Source of the DNA: Patescibacteria group bacterium | GTDB lineage: Bacteria; Patescibacteriota; Patescibacteriia; 2-01-FULL-39-33 | DNA length: 64,000 bases | Assembly (NCBI GenBank): GCA_041662745.1 | Contig: JBAZRV010000001.1 | Coordinates: 69,837-133,836, forward strand | Reading direction: 5' to 3' | Shown: piece after piece, positions 9,948-19,980 of the stretch | Layout of the letters: every line of letters starts with the position of its first letter | Position numbering within the stretch: position 1 is the first letter of the stretch | The notes under the pieces: generated by a model | The model's input: the letters and a program-made list of their open reading frames with translations, nothing else | What the model was told of the DNA's origin: nothing | Database searches by the model: none | Translations under genes and position numbers: made by a program

Positions 9948-10370
9948 CTAAACGCAAGTAGTTCCGAAGGAACTGCCGACCAAGGAAGTAAATAAAAAGT
10001 TTACCATGGTAAAAGCGGCTAAAATTATAACTAAAGCGATAACCGTATTAACCATCAAGCTTTTGCCTTTCTTGATTTTATTCTGATCGCCGAAAGATAA
10101 CAGCCAAAACCAAGTACCGCCATAAATAAACAACAGCAAGGCGACAATGCCGGAAAAAGACAGGATCATATTAGTGCCGGTAATGCCAACCTGAAGCAAA
10201 TCGCAAAGACCGCAAACGCCGTTACAAAAACATTGATCGCTGATATCTTTGAGTAAATAGGAAGACGGGCCAGTGGTCGGCTTGGCCGTACAGGCGGCCA
10301 AAACTGCCGGAGTATTCAACGCCAGCAACACCAATAAAACACTCAATATTTTCAGTCCCTTTCTAAACAT
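9948..10370 (-). CDS. VirB2/TrbC-like pilin-family small membrane protein, paralog 5 (with an extra Cys-rich insert)
   Basis: Signal peptide, a Cys-rich segment (CFCNGVCGLCDLL), then IYGGTWFWLLSFGDQNKIKKGKSLMVNTVIALVIILAAF. Confidence 0.45.
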   Translation of the reverse strand: MFRKGLKILSVLLVLLALNTPAVLAACTAKPTTGPSSYLLKDISDQCFCNGVCGLCDLLQVGITGTNMILSFSGIVALLLFIYGGTWFWLLSFGDQNKIKKGKSLMVNTVIALVIILAAFTMVNFLFTSLVGSSFGTTCV

Positions 10371-10406
10371 AAGCGTATTATAGCAAAAATATGATAATTA
10401 CAAAAG

Positions 10407-11825
10407 CTAATATTGCTGGGTTACTGTCTGGTTAATCTTATCCACGGCTACGCCGATAACCTTGGATAATTCCTGCCGGGGATCGGACATCCTGAGATAC
10501 TGCTCAATCATTTCTATCATAGCCTGCTTGGCCGCATCAAAATTCTTGCCCTTGTACCAACTGAAAGCCGAAGGCGCCTGATAGGCCGAGGGATACAAAT
10601 CCTCGTTATCCAATTGGCTGTCGCGCAAATCGCGCAAAGCGGTCGGCTTGACCGTTTTGGCCAAAAACTTTTTTATTTCCGGATAACTCTTATTGGTTCC
10701 GGCGTCATTGATAAACAACAAGAAATCCCACGACTCATTGGGGTGCGTTGATGATTTGGTAACGGTTTCCACCCAATAATCAGCATAATTCTTGCTGGGA
10801 TTGCCGGCAATCTGAGGAATTGGCGCCACGCCGAAATTAACCCGCGACTGCGCCCGCACCTGAGGGATGTTAAAGTTATAACCGAAGAAAAAAGCCACCT
10901 TGCCCTGAGTAAAAGCGTCAAAAGAATTGGGCAGGGAAGCGTCCCAGGAATAAACTCGTTTGCCCACGGTGGCAAAATCGGTATAAAACTGCAAAGCGGT
11001 CTGGCCGGGGTTGACCGTCTTGTAACCGCCGCTGCCGTCTGCTTGTTGGATAGTCTTAAAAAAAGTAACATAACCATTGCCATCAGCCATTGTCGCTCCG
11101 GCCTGCATCATTAAAACGGACAAAATATCAAAGGCGTAATTGACATTGTAACCCATGCCTAAGGCCGCTCCGGCCACCAAAATCTTCTGGGTATCGGAAA
11201 CTTTGGTGATCTTTTCTACGGCATCCTGAAACGCCGACCAATCAGTGGGAATTTGAGCAACACTGTTCTGATTCAATAAATCCTTGTTATAAAACATGAT
11301 CAGCGACTCCAGACTAAGCGGCAGACCGTAAATCTTATTATCCATAATTACATCATTGCTGACGGTATCAAAAAATAAAGCCTTCATTTCCCGGACGGTG
11401 GGCGAAATTTTTGTTCTTAACTCAACAACCTGTTCTTTCTGGATCGTGCCCTTTTCTATAATGTAACCCATTTGGTATTTGGCTGGCAAAGGTGAGATTT
11501 TATTCTTATACTTGGGCAGCCAAGTAACAGGAATGGAGAAGATATCCGGTCCGCGGTCTTCGGCTAAGGCGTTAAGCAAATAGCTCTCATATTCCTCCAT
11601 GCGGAACTTGCGGTAATTGATGGTGATATTGGGATGTTGGACTTGGTAATCTTTGATAACAGCGTCAAAGGCGTCAGAATCATCCCAAACGCGCCAATAA
11701 TTCAAAGTAATCGGCTTAACAGCTTCTTGTTCGGCGGAGCTGAGAAGCTTGCAACCGAAGCCGGCAGTAGCCAACACTAACGCTAATGTAGCTAAAGCAA
11801 GGAGATAAATTTTTTTATTGGTCAT
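10407..11825 (-). CDS. extracellular solute-binding lipoprotein (ABC transporter family 1 substrate-binding protein, sugar-type)
   Basis: Lipoprotein signal with lipobox LVLATAGFGC. The length and composition are typical of SBP_bac_1 family proteins. Confidence 0.65.
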   Translation of the reverse strand: MTNKKIYLLALATLALVLATAGFGCKLLSSAEQEAVKPITLNYWRVWDDSDAFDAVIKDYQVQHPNITINYRKFRMEEYESYLLNALAEDRGPDIFSIPVTWLPKYKNKISPLPAKYQMGYIIEKGTIQKEQVVELRTKISPTVREMKALFFDTVSNDVIMDNKIYGLPLSLESLIMFYNKDLLNQNSVAQIPTDWSAFQDAVEKITKVSDTQKILVAGAALGMGYNVNYAFDILSVLMMQAGATMADGNGYVTFFKTIQQADGSGGYKTVNPGQTALQFYTDFATVGKRVYSWDASLPNSFDAFTQGKVAFFFGYNFNIPQVRAQSRVNFGVAPIPQIAGNPSKNYADYWVETVTKSSTHPNESWDFLLFINDAGTNKSYPEIKKFLAKTVKPTALRDLRDSQLDNEDLYPSAYQAPSAFSWYKGKNFDAAKQAMIEMIEQYLRMSDPRQELSKVIGVAVDKINQTVTQQY

Positions 11826-11951
11826 AATATTATTCTTACTTATGATATTATAACATAAATACCTAAAAATATAAAAACAACTTACTATTTTTTAAAAAAA
11901 ATCACCCCTCGGAATCCATGGCGGACTCCGAGGGGCGGTGAAAGTTCTAAT

Positions 11952-12617
11952 CTAATTATTAGTATCCTTGTGGTACTGCTCCAGCAAGGCCTGGAGATCG
12001 GTCTTCTGGCTCTTGCTCACCGAGTGGTGCAAGGGCCGAGTCGGGCGGGCGATGATTTCCGCCGCCCGAATGCTGACGTTCGCCGTTATTTGGGCGTTAT
12101 CGGCGGCGTCTTGCGCGGTCTTGGCCTTCTTGTCGGCCGTATCAGCCAATGCGCCGACATCATCAATCGACTCCTCCATCAACTTGTCGTACTCCTTGAC
12201 GATGGCGGGTTCAATGTCCCAGATGCCGTTGGTCAGCAACTTTTTGACTTCCTTCTCGGACTTCTGCCCGAGTTCGGAATCATCGCCTCCTCGCGCTTGG
12301 ATTGCCTGCCACTTGGCAAACAACGGATCGTTCTCGGCCTGGACGCGCTTATCCAGACGAGATCTTACCTTGGCGACGCCGGACGCCAGCGCTTCATCGG
12401 CCACGGACTGACTTGCCGTCAAGGCAATCATGTCCGTTTTCAGCAAGGACACGTCCTTTCTCACATTGCCGATGACGGACGCGATAAGGAGTATCAAGAC
12501 CAGGCAAATTAAGAACCCGGCCCAAACGACATGCGGAACGGCTGAAGCAGACTTATCACGACGCCGACCGCCGGACTGTTGGCTTACCTGTTGAGTGTCT
12601 TGGTCATTATCCGACAT
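11952..12617 (-). CDS. hypothetical membrane-anchored coiled-coil protein
   Basis: Polar N-terminus, one TM helix (VVWAGFLICLVLILLIASVIG), then a helical/coiled-coil region. Confidence 0.45.
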   Translation of the reverse strand: MSDNDQDTQQVSQQSGGRRRDKSASAVPHVVWAGFLICLVLILLIASVIGNVRKDVSLLKTDMIALTASQSVADEALASGVAKVRSRLDKRVQAENDPLFAKWQAIQARGGDDSELGQKSEKEVKKLLTNGIWDIEPAIVKEYDKLMEESIDDVGALADTADKKAKTAQDAADNAQITANVSIRAAEIIARPTRPLHHSVSKSQKTDLQALLEQYHKDTNN

Positions 12618-12822
12618 GATTCTTCCTCCTCTTTCCTTGTTTTTTGGTGTTTATCTCATTGTAGGTGCTTTCGGCTCACATTGCCGAATCACTCCATTAT
12701 ATCATACCTACACCATTTTGTCAATCCATTTATCCACAGATAATAGTTATTCATTTAAAATTAGCTAAAATTTGACACAATTAATGCCATTTTACGACTA
12801 ATTTAACGAATCAGCCAAAATA

Positions 12823-12831
12823 TGGTATAAT
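12823..12831 (+). promoter_or_regulatory. extended -10 promoter element TGGTATAAT
   Basis: TGgTATAAT sits 27 nt upstream of the 12858 start codon. Confidence 0.3.
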
Positions 12832-12857
12832 TAACATCAGAAAATTAACCAAAATCT

Positions 12858-13181
12858 ATGGATAATGACTTTATCAAATCATTCTTAGAAAAATTAGTGG
12901 CTGAAGCCGGCTTAGACCAAATGTCCCCCGAATTTAAGGCGCAATATATGGGTAAATTGGAAGAAACGCTTAACCAGCAACTGGGCTTGATTCTGTTGCA
13001 AAACCTTGATGAAGCCAAACAGCAGGAGTTCCAAGCTATGATTGACAGCAAGACTCTGGATAACGCCAAAATCCAAAAGCTGGCCGATCAAATACCGGAT
13101 TTTGATCAAAAAATTAAAGACGGTCTGCTGGCTTTTGCCAACGACTTCATTACTCTGGCTCAAAAGAATAAGCCGGCATAA
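12858..13181 (+). CDS. small helical hypothetical protein (107 aa)
   Basis: ORF with helical composition. It is the first of three tightly spaced co-directional genes. Confidence 0.45.
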   Translation: MDNDFIKSFLEKLVAEAGLDQMSPEFKAQYMGKLEETLNQQLGLILLQNLDEAKQQEFQAMIDSKTLDNAKIQKLADQIPDFDQKIKDGLLAFANDFITLAQKNKPA

Positions 13182-13184
13182 GCT

Positions 13185-13379
13185 ATGGTCCAAAAAACAA
13201 AAAAAATCGCCACTAAAGGCGACTTGGCGCGGGAACTGAAAAAACTGGATAAATTATATCGGGAGACGATGTTGCAATTAAAAAAAATAAAAAATGAGGG
13301 CCGTAAAATGCTAGAAATCCAACAAAAGAAATCAGATGAAGAAAAAATTAAAGCGATCCTAAAAAGTTTAGGCAAATAG
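13185..13379 (+). CDS. small basic coiled-coil hypothetical protein (64 aa)
   Basis: Lies 4 nt after the upstream stop and 4 nt before the downstream start, which suggests translational coupling. Confidence 0.4.
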   Translation: MVQKTKKIATKGDLARELKKLDKLYRETMLQLKKIKNEGRKMLEIQQKKSDEEKIKAILKSLGK

Positions 13380-13382
13380 CTT

Positions 13383-16300
13383 ATGGCGAAAAAACAAAAA
13401 CAACCGCCGGACAATCCGTCAAGGCCAAGAGGCGAAGCCGAACAAACGTTCGGTTCATCTTTGGGTGATAATCCGGAATTGACCAAACTGTTTGCCGAAC
13501 TCAATGCTGCGCCCGAAGAACCGTCCACCAATCTTGATCTAGGAGAAGCGAAAAAGCTTATTACGGAATTAGAGGCCACCATTCAAGCGGAAGTGGGCGC
13601 TGCTGGCGACACTGCGGAATCAACGGAGGCGACAGCGGAGGCGGTTCAAGATTTTTCTCTGGCGGCCATAGCGGCCAGGGCGCTGTTGGACAGCTGGTTA
13701 GCAGATGGGGCAGGAACTGAAGATGGGGAAGAATATGAAGATGAAAATGGAGAGGAGACGGACGAGACTGAAAAACCAATAATTCCGATTGAACCTGTCG
13801 TACCAGCGCCTGATATAACAGAAGCCCCGGAAAAAAAGACGGCAACGCTTTCAACACCTGAAGAAGACAGGCCTATTCCCGTTGAGGAAACAGCCCCGAT
13901 TCCCGTTGCAGAAACAACAACTCAAGAAACGGTCCCGTTACCGCCAACGCCGGAATCAACTTCAGAAAAAACAGAGACTGCAGTACCGTCGACCGAATTT
14001 ATAAATCCTGAATCGCCACTATTGACTTCGGAATTGACTCCGGAAAAACTATTACATATTCTGGACTCTCTTGAAACACCCTCGCCGTTGGTTACCCGCA
14101 AAAGCATCGTAGAAATATTTAATGAGTTGAACTCCCGGAGACTGGTTGCCCAAAGAACGGGTGAGGATAATGTCGCGACATTAAGCGCCGCTGAAAAAAT
14201 GCGGGCCCAAGACGAGGCCGGCTTTGTTTCCGTTGAAACGGTCAAGTCAGGATTAAGCGAGCTACCGGAAACCCGATTAATGGAAATATTGTCAGATCCT
14301 CAAAAGGAAGGCAATGCCGGTTTGCTGACGGAGCTGATTAGGAATTATGCTGAAGCGTCCGGCTTGGATAATAAAGAAACGCAACGAATTTTCCAACAGC
14401 AAGAAAAAAAATTACGCCGGGAAGCGCAACAGAGATTGGCTGAGGGGAAAAGCTTAAAAAAAGAAATGGGCAAGGCCTTGGCTAAAAGCGCCCTCTACAT
14501 CGGCGGCGGCGTTGGCATTTCTCTTGCCACCGGCGGCCTGGCTTCCTTTTTCTCGCCCCTGGCGATCGGCGCCATCAGATCGGCGGATATTTACCTTACT
14601 GCCAAAAAGAACAAAAAAGAGGGGGGGGCAAAACTGCAAGAAATCAGGCAAGAGTTGGCTAATGACGAATCAGCTAAAGGAGCTTATCTGGAAGAATTCT
14701 TTGCCGACCTGGCCGTAGCCAAACAATTGCAATTAGGCCAAAATCAAGAAGGTTCGCTGGCCGATTGCTTGACTGCCAATCCCGATATCCTGGGAAATAT
14801 TTCAGAAGACGAAAAAGCCGGCGACATCCGGGGGTTAGAAATTTTAGAAAAGCATTATAATTTATTAAATAAAGCCAACACCGGCTGGCTGAATAATCAT
14901 CCCTGGGCGAATAAGGCGATCAAAGGATTGGATAAGGTATTCTTGGCCGGCGGAAGCAGCGCCGGAGAAAAAACCGTCACCAGTGCGGCATTGTTTGGCA
15001 TCGGCCAGGCCCTGCGTTACGGCGGAGCCGGCGCTTGGGGCAGACGAACAGTAAGCGGTTTGGCCGGCGCCAAGTTGGGAGCGATCGGAGCCGAGTATCT
15101 GAGCGGAAAAAGTGGCTGGGGAGAAAAAATTGATGTTGAAAAACATATAATTGATCAGGAAGCAGAGGCTGATGCTATTTTTGAAAAATTCAAGGAGTTA
15201 AAGTCAGAAAAAACAAATCTTGACAGTAAAAAATACAAACGAAACGCCGTTAAAACGGCCGGGGTAATCGCCGGCGCTTTGGCCGGCATAGCTTTGGGCG
15301 AAGCGGCCAGCGCCGCAACCCATAAAATCAGTTCTTGGCTGCAAGGCGAAGCAGCGCCGGTTACCGACGCCGGTTCCGCTTCGACGGAAACCGCGCCGCC
15401 GGCCGCCGCCAAAGTTGAACAGGCTGATTTAATGCCGCAGAAAGAGCAATTGGCTTTGGCGACTATCGGCAAAGGCGAGGGCATTGAACACGCCCTGCAC
15501 CGGCAATTGGAAGCCAACGCCAAGGAGCTCGGTTATGCCGGCGATCTGGAAAACAAAAGCGCCCTGCATCATTGGGCGGGCATGCGAGCGCATCAAATAG
15601 CTGTTGCCGAGCATTATGTTGATCCGAAAACCGGAGCGGAAGTCCGTGTCAGCGGTGCCGGCATCGGTCATGCCCAATATATTTTAGATGACAACGGGCA
15701 TATCCACGAATTCATAGACGGCCACCAAACCGGCGAATCTGGAACGATCGCCGCCAAAGCGTTTGAATACGCTTACGAAAAACCGACGACTCCGGCGACG
15801 ATAATTAGCGAGGCAACGCCTGAGGCCGGACATATTTCTGAGGGCAATGTAACCGCCAGTCTAAATAATCTTGATGCTAAATACCCCGGTTCGGCGGAGC
15901 TGATCACGCAAGCGACCATGGAAACAACCGGCCATGCCAATCAACAAGAACTCATTGATGTAACCGATTATTTTTATCATCACCCCAATTTCAAACCGTC
16001 GGCCGGACTGATTGAGCTGGTAACCAGCCATGATCCCCAAGCCAACCGTCTGCTCGGCTTTTTGGAACACCACCAAGTTGCTGATAACCTTAAGATGGTG
16101 GAACTGATAAACTCCAACGACATCTTTGCCGACACTAAAAACATGCCTAACTGGCTGGAAGTATTTTTGGGCTCAACCGAGGGGCGCAATGAAGGCGTGG
16201 CCTCATCGCTGGAGCGGATCTTCCATAATAACGGCTTAAGCGATCATTACAAGAGTGAATTCCATATGCCCGATTTCCAGGTATCGCAAACCCATGCCAG

Positions 16301-16553
16301 CGCCTTCACCGGCGATATTGCCTTTAAAACCCCGGCACCCCTAAACTCAATGCTGACCGGCGGCAAACCGGCAATGATTGATTGGCTTTATGATCCGTCA
16401 AAAGGTTCTTTCAGGGCCACGATTAATTTCCGCGGCCAACTCATCGGTGAAGCATTTGCGCCTCAGCCCGGCGATAATAACCCTAACCGAATTCTGACCC
16501 GAACCTTCGAATCATTGCTAGATAAACTCAAAGACAAGGTGGCCGGCAAATAA
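13383..16553 (+). CDS. large hypothetical protein (1056 aa) with an acidic Pro/Thr/Glu-rich disordered N-terminal region and several Gly-zipper hydrophobic segments
   Basis: Long ORF. It contains low-complexity acidic segments (EDGEEYEDENGEETDETE), putative TM or Gly-zipper segments (GGGVGISLATGGLASFFSPLAIGAI; AGVIAGALAGIALGEAASAA), and a His-rich C-terminal region. Confidence 0.55.
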   Translation: MAKKQKQPPDNPSRPRGEAEQTFGSSLGDNPELTKLFAELNAAPEEPSTNLDLGEAKKLITELEATIQAEVGAAGDTAESTEATAEAVQDFSLAAIAARALLDSWLADGAGTEDGEEYEDENGEETDETEKPIIPIEPVVPAPDITEAPEKKTATLSTPEEDRPIPVEETAPIPVAETTTQETVPLPPTPESTSEKTETAVPSTEFINPESPLLTSELTPEKLLHILDSLETPSPLVTRKSIVEIFNELNSRRLVAQRTGEDNVATLSAAEKMRAQDEAGFVSVETVKSGLSELPETRLMEILSDPQKEGNAGLLTELIRNYAEASGLDNKETQRIFQQQEKKLRREAQQRLAEGKSLKKEMGKALAKSALYIGGGVGISLATGGLASFFSPLAIGAIRSADIYLTAKKNKKEGGAKLQEIRQELANDESAKGAYLEEFFADLAVAKQLQLGQNQEGSLADCLTANPDILGNISEDEKAGDIRGLEILEKHYNLLNKANTGWLNNHPWANKAIKGLDKVFLAGGSSAGEKTVTSAALFGIGQALRYGGAGAWGRRTVSGLAGAKLGAIGAEYLSGKSGWGEKIDVEKHIIDQEAEADAIFEKFKELKSEKTNLDSKKYKRNAVKTAGVIAGALAGIALGEAASAATHKISSWLQGEAAPVTDAGSASTETAPPAAAKVEQADLMPQKEQLALATIGKGEGIEHALHRQLEANAKELGYAGDLENKSALHHWAGMRAHQIAVAEHYVDPKTGAEVRVSGAGIGHAQYILDDNGHIHEFIDGHQTGESGTIAAKAFEYAYEKPTTPATIISEATPEAGHISEGNVTASLNNLDAKYPGSAELITQATMETTGHANQQELIDVTDYFYHHPNFKPSAGLIELVTSHDPQANRLLGFLEHHQVADNLKMVELINSNDIFADTKNMPNWLEVFLGSTEGRNEGVASSLERIFHNNGLSDHYKSEFHMPDFQVSQTHASAFTGDIAFKTPAPLNSMLTGGKPAMIDWLYDPSKGSFRATINFRGQLIGEAFAPQPGDNNPNRILTRTFESLLDKLKDKVAGK

Positions 16554-16567
16554 TAATCAATTATAAA

Positions 16568-16598
16568 AGCCGCCCCGCTTTGCGGGGCGGCTTTTTAT
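16568..16598. terminator. bidirectional intrinsic terminator (GCCGCCCCGC-TTT-GCGGGGCGGC)
   Basis: Perfect 10-bp GC-rich stem with A and T tracts on both sides, between convergent genes. Confidence 0.6.
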
Positions 16599-16602
16599 GT
16601 TG

Positions 16603-16869
16603 TTACTCCAAAGAAATCACCAATAATCCCTTGTCTTCTATTGCTTCTTTCGGCCAAAAAAGCTTATCCAAACTGAATTTACCGACATAAGTTACGGTTT
16701 TTTCTATGGTCCGGCCGGTGTATTTTTCCGTCAAAGGATCCCATTCTTCCAATACCAGAACATCGCCTTCCCGCACTTCAAAGTCATTCAGACGCAGTTC
16801 ATATTTTTTCTTTCCTGAAGCCACGGCGGAAAAATATTGCGGCCAGATTTTCTTATGTATCGTCGCCAT
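16603..16869 (-). CDS. ASCH-like / DUF3850-like small protein
   Basis: 88-aa beta-barrel-like sequence (KKYELRLNDFEVREGDVLVLEEWD) typical of ASCH/DUF3850 domains. Confidence 0.45.
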   Translation of the reverse strand: MATIHKKIWPQYFSAVASGKKKYELRLNDFEVREGDVLVLEEWDPLTEKYTGRTIEKTVTYVGKFSLDKLFWPKEAIEDKGLLVISLE

Positions 16870-16893
16870 ATAATAATCACAAAAAACGATGGC

Positions 16894-17649
16894 TTATCTG
16901 ATAAACAACCTGAACGCCCAACCCAATAAACTAAACCCCTTCTTGGCCGCGCCCAAAGAATTCTCAACTGCCGAACCGGCTTGTTCCAATATCTGTATTT
17001 GCTGAGCCAGCAGCTGCTGATCGCCCTGATTCGCCAATTGATCCTCAAGTTGATTTAATTGTTGAATCCGCTCGCGGTTTTGTTCCAATAATTTTTGCGC
17101 ATTGTTTATTTCGCCGTAATTCGGACCGATGAAAAATTTAGCTAAGCCGCTTCTGCTCTGGACTTTTTCCAGGCTGGCTTCCAGTTTTTCCTGGTTTTGA
17201 TTTTGTTCCTGCGCAATCACTCTTACCTGCTCACCGATTCCACCGTTTCTCTCCGCCACTTGCAACAACTCCTGCACGGCATTAGCGACCTGGCTCCTTC
17301 TTTCTTGCGCAAGAGCAGAGCCGGGAATGTCTTCCTCCTCTGACTGCTCGGCTTGAGTTTGATTTTGATTTTTAACCTGTTCCCCCGCTTCACTGCCATC
17401 CTGCAACTGTTGCTGTGTTTGCTGTTGCGCCGGTTTTTCGGCATTTATCCCCGCCGTGTCCCCGCTTTGAGCCTGCTCATTATTCTGCGTTTCAATCTGG
17501 TCGTTTTCCCCCTGATTGGCGGTTTCGGTTTGTTGTTGATTTGGCTGGCTACCGGCGCCGGCATTATCATCCTTGCCGGCCGCATAAGCATGGCTGGCGA
17601 CAAGCAGAGCCATGCCTACGGCAACGGCGATTAGGCTTTTGTTTTTCAT
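16894..17649 (-). CDS. secreted Gln-rich hypothetical protein
   Basis: Trimmed from the TTG start in the track to the ATG at 17649. It has a signal peptide MKNKSLIAVAVGMALLVASHAYA, then a Q/E/N-rich low-complexity region and a coiled-coil. Confidence 0.5.
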   Translation of the reverse strand: MKNKSLIAVAVGMALLVASHAYAAGKDDNAGAGSQPNQQQTETANQGENDQIETQNNEQAQSGDTAGINAEKPAQQQTQQQLQDGSEAGEQVKNQNQTQAEQSEEEDIPGSALAQERRSQVANAVQELLQVAERNGGIGEQVRVIAQEQNQNQEKLEASLEKVQSRSGLAKFFIGPNYGEINNAQKLLEQNRERIQQLNQLEDQLANQGDQQLLAQQIQILEQAGSAVENSLGAAKKGFSLLGWAFRLFIR

Positions 17650-17912
17650 AGTTTTTTCTTTCTCTTCACCCAATGCTTAGCTTAAACCGAACATTGGGTT
17701 AAATTGATTAATAATCAATATTTGAATCCATTAAATAATCAATTCGTTATGTTAGAGTTTCTGAGTCCCGCTAAATATAGTTATAACAAAAAAGAAGGGT
17801 TTGCGCAAATAAAAATATCATTTGACGGCTGTCCCGTCCCGTGCTAAAATATTTCAGTTAATCAGGCAAGGTTCAGCAATACGAGAGGCCAAAAACAGAG
17901 GAGGACAAGCAA

Positions 17913-18233
17913 ATGGCAGAGCCGTCCGTTGATCGTTTGATAAAGGATGCCCAGCGCGTCTTAAAGAACCCCTTTTGGATTCCTGAGCTGACGGTGGAAC
18001 AAGTATTTGAAAGGATTCATGATGATCACGACGGAAAATTCACCGGCCGTTTAATGGTGCAATTTACGCGAGATGGAGACGCCTGGATTACAACGGATGG
18101 GCATCGCGGTCCGCCATTGCGCTTTAGAGCTCCTCTTGGCGGAGGAAGCAGTCCGAGAGTAAGGAATGCGCTGATGCTTTTGGCGTTAGCTATCAAGTTG
18201 GACAACCAAGAACGGCCGCAAGAGCCCGTTTAA
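17913..18233 (+). CDS. hypothetical protein (106 aa)
   Basis: ORF with a strong SD (AGAGGAGGA) 8 nt upstream. Confidence 0.45.
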   Translation: MAEPSVDRLIKDAQRVLKNPFWIPELTVEQVFERIHDDHDGKFTGRLMVQFTRDGDAWITTDGHRGPPLRFRAPLGGGSSPRVRNALMLLALAIKLDNQERPQEPV

Positions 18234-18591
18234 CGAACAGAACAAAAAAATTGAAGCACAACAACGCCGGGAACAAGAAGTTCTCGGCGTATTTTTATTT
18301 ATTTAATTCGCAGTTTCGTTCAAAGCGCAACAGTCATTGTTCTCTCTGCCTAAAATCTTATTTGCCTTGTTTATCGGGGATAAAATAAATAAACCAAACA
18401 ATCCAGACCAACCAAGCCATATCAAGCCAATCCTGAGTTAATATGCCGGGAATGCCAAGTAAAAATAAAAATCCTAAAAATCCCAATGGCCATTTTTTTC
18501 TCATAGATTATCTTTATTATTTATTGATGTAAAACTTGGCGGAGCAGTCGGGTTAAGCACTAACAGAATGGGATTTGGCGTCTTTTACCCT

Positions 18592-19134
18592 CTATGCCGA
18601 GACGCTCGGATCAGCCTTCTCTATCAATAAATCACTATATGACACCGAAATAAGATCTGACTCCGGTATATCAAAAAGTTTAAGATATTCTTTGCATTGT
18701 TCAAGTAGCTTATTTTTTCCAATACTTCCATCTTCATCAATTGCTTCTATTTCCACGAACGTACCAAGTTTTTCAACGGTATCAATGTGGAATTTTACAT
18801 TCCCCATAAAATAAATCTCTCGTTTTTTGTCTACAATAGTTAATATGCCATTGGCATTAACTAATATTAATTTAAGTGAGCTTTCTGGATCTGATTTGAA
18901 CAAAATAACATCTGATTGTTTTGGACCTTCTTTATTTTCCCGTTCATAATAAACCAGATAATTTTCAATGTTTCCCTCTCGTAATTTTAACCTTCCGTGG
19001 TTAACTTTGAAATAAGTATCAATCTGATGATCAACCCCCCTAAAATCAGCATTGTTGGATTTCAGGAGTTCACGAACCTTTTCGTGATTATTTGATTTAG
19101 CTTTTATTTCAATGTTTATATGATTCATATGCAT
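18592..19134 (-). CDS. CYTH-domain protein (class IV adenylyl cyclase / triphosphatase fold)
   Basis: N-terminal EIEIK-type motif (INIEIKAK) and the alternating acidic/basic beta-strand pattern of CYTH domains. Lies in the AT-rich islet. Confidence 0.55.
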   Translation of the reverse strand: MHMNHINIEIKAKSNNHEKVRELLKSNNADFRGVDHQIDTYFKVNHGRLKLREGNIENYLVYYERENKEGPKQSDVILFKSDPESSLKLILVNANGILTIVDKKREIYFMGNVKFHIDTVEKLGTFVEIEAIDEDGSIGKNKLLEQCKEYLKLFDIPESDLISVSYSDLLIEKADPSVSA

Positions 19135-19347
19135 GAGTCACTCCGATGCTAATTTTTGGCGGTGACGATGTCCCGAAGTTGGAACCGAAAACGGCTTATA
19201 GACGGCTCACTTTCTGGGCCCTTGATCCAATTATAAAGAATCTGAGACATATGCACAAAGAACATCTCGAATGGTTTGAAGTGCCGAAGCCGAAGTCAGA
19301 TAAGGGTAAAAATATGGTCGATTATTCAATCGATAATAAAAACAATG

Positions 19348-19974
19348 TTATTCTTTCTGTAGTCCAACCAAATCTTCTTGGTTAATGTTTTTATCAAAAT
19401 TCAATAATTTTGCGTCTGAAAAGAGTTTAATAATTCCAATACTATGCCACATCGTTAAATGTATATTTGGAATCAAAAATTCAAACTGTTGGTCGTCTGT
19501 TCTGTTAAGGTGCAACTTAAAGCTTTCATGATTTGGATGAACAAATCTACAAATCAGCTTATATTTTTCTTCGTGGGTTTCTTTAAAATTTGGAGGTAAG
19601 AAACTATCCTTTATTTCGTCTTTAATTTCTTTAAGACTCCATTTCTTATTATTAAAAAATTCATCGAGCCTACATAAAACCTGTTCTTCTGACGATCCTG
19701 AGAATATGTAAAAAACTTTTATATATAATTCATAGATATATCTATAAAGATAAATTGATAAAAAAATATCATTAGTAACAAGGCTATTCTCCATTGATAC
19801 ATTTAGAGAATACATTTTATTTAAAATACTTGAAGCAAAATACTCTTTTGGGTTATCTTTTCTAGTTACTGTTCCAAAATTAAAACCCGGTTTGATAATT
19901 TGATTGAACAAAACAATTTTATTTTGCAAGGAACTCTTCAAGATAACATTCTCTTTTTTTAAAAGATTATGCAT
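19348..19974 (-). CDS. hypothetical protein (208 aa), AT-rich
   Basis: ORF in a low-GC islet. I recognise no motifs. Confidence 0.4.
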   Translation of the reverse strand: MHNLLKKENVILKSSLQNKIVLFNQIIKPGFNFGTVTRKDNPKEYFASSILNKMYSLNVSMENSLVTNDIFLSIYLYRYIYELYIKVFYIFSGSSEEQVLCRLDEFFNNKKWSLKEIKDEIKDSFLPPNFKETHEEKYKLICRFVHPNHESFKLHLNRTDDQQFEFLIPNIHLTMWHSIGIIKLFSDAKLLNFDKNINQEDLVGLQKE

Positions 19975-19980
19975 AATTTA

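Noticed and set aside
10673-12512. ORFs 10673..11083 (-), 11968..12411 (+), 11970..12512 (+).
   Set aside because: They are embedded in or antisense to the solute-binding protein and the 11952..12617 gene. They have Ala/Arg/Pro-rich GC-frame composition typical of shadow ORFs.
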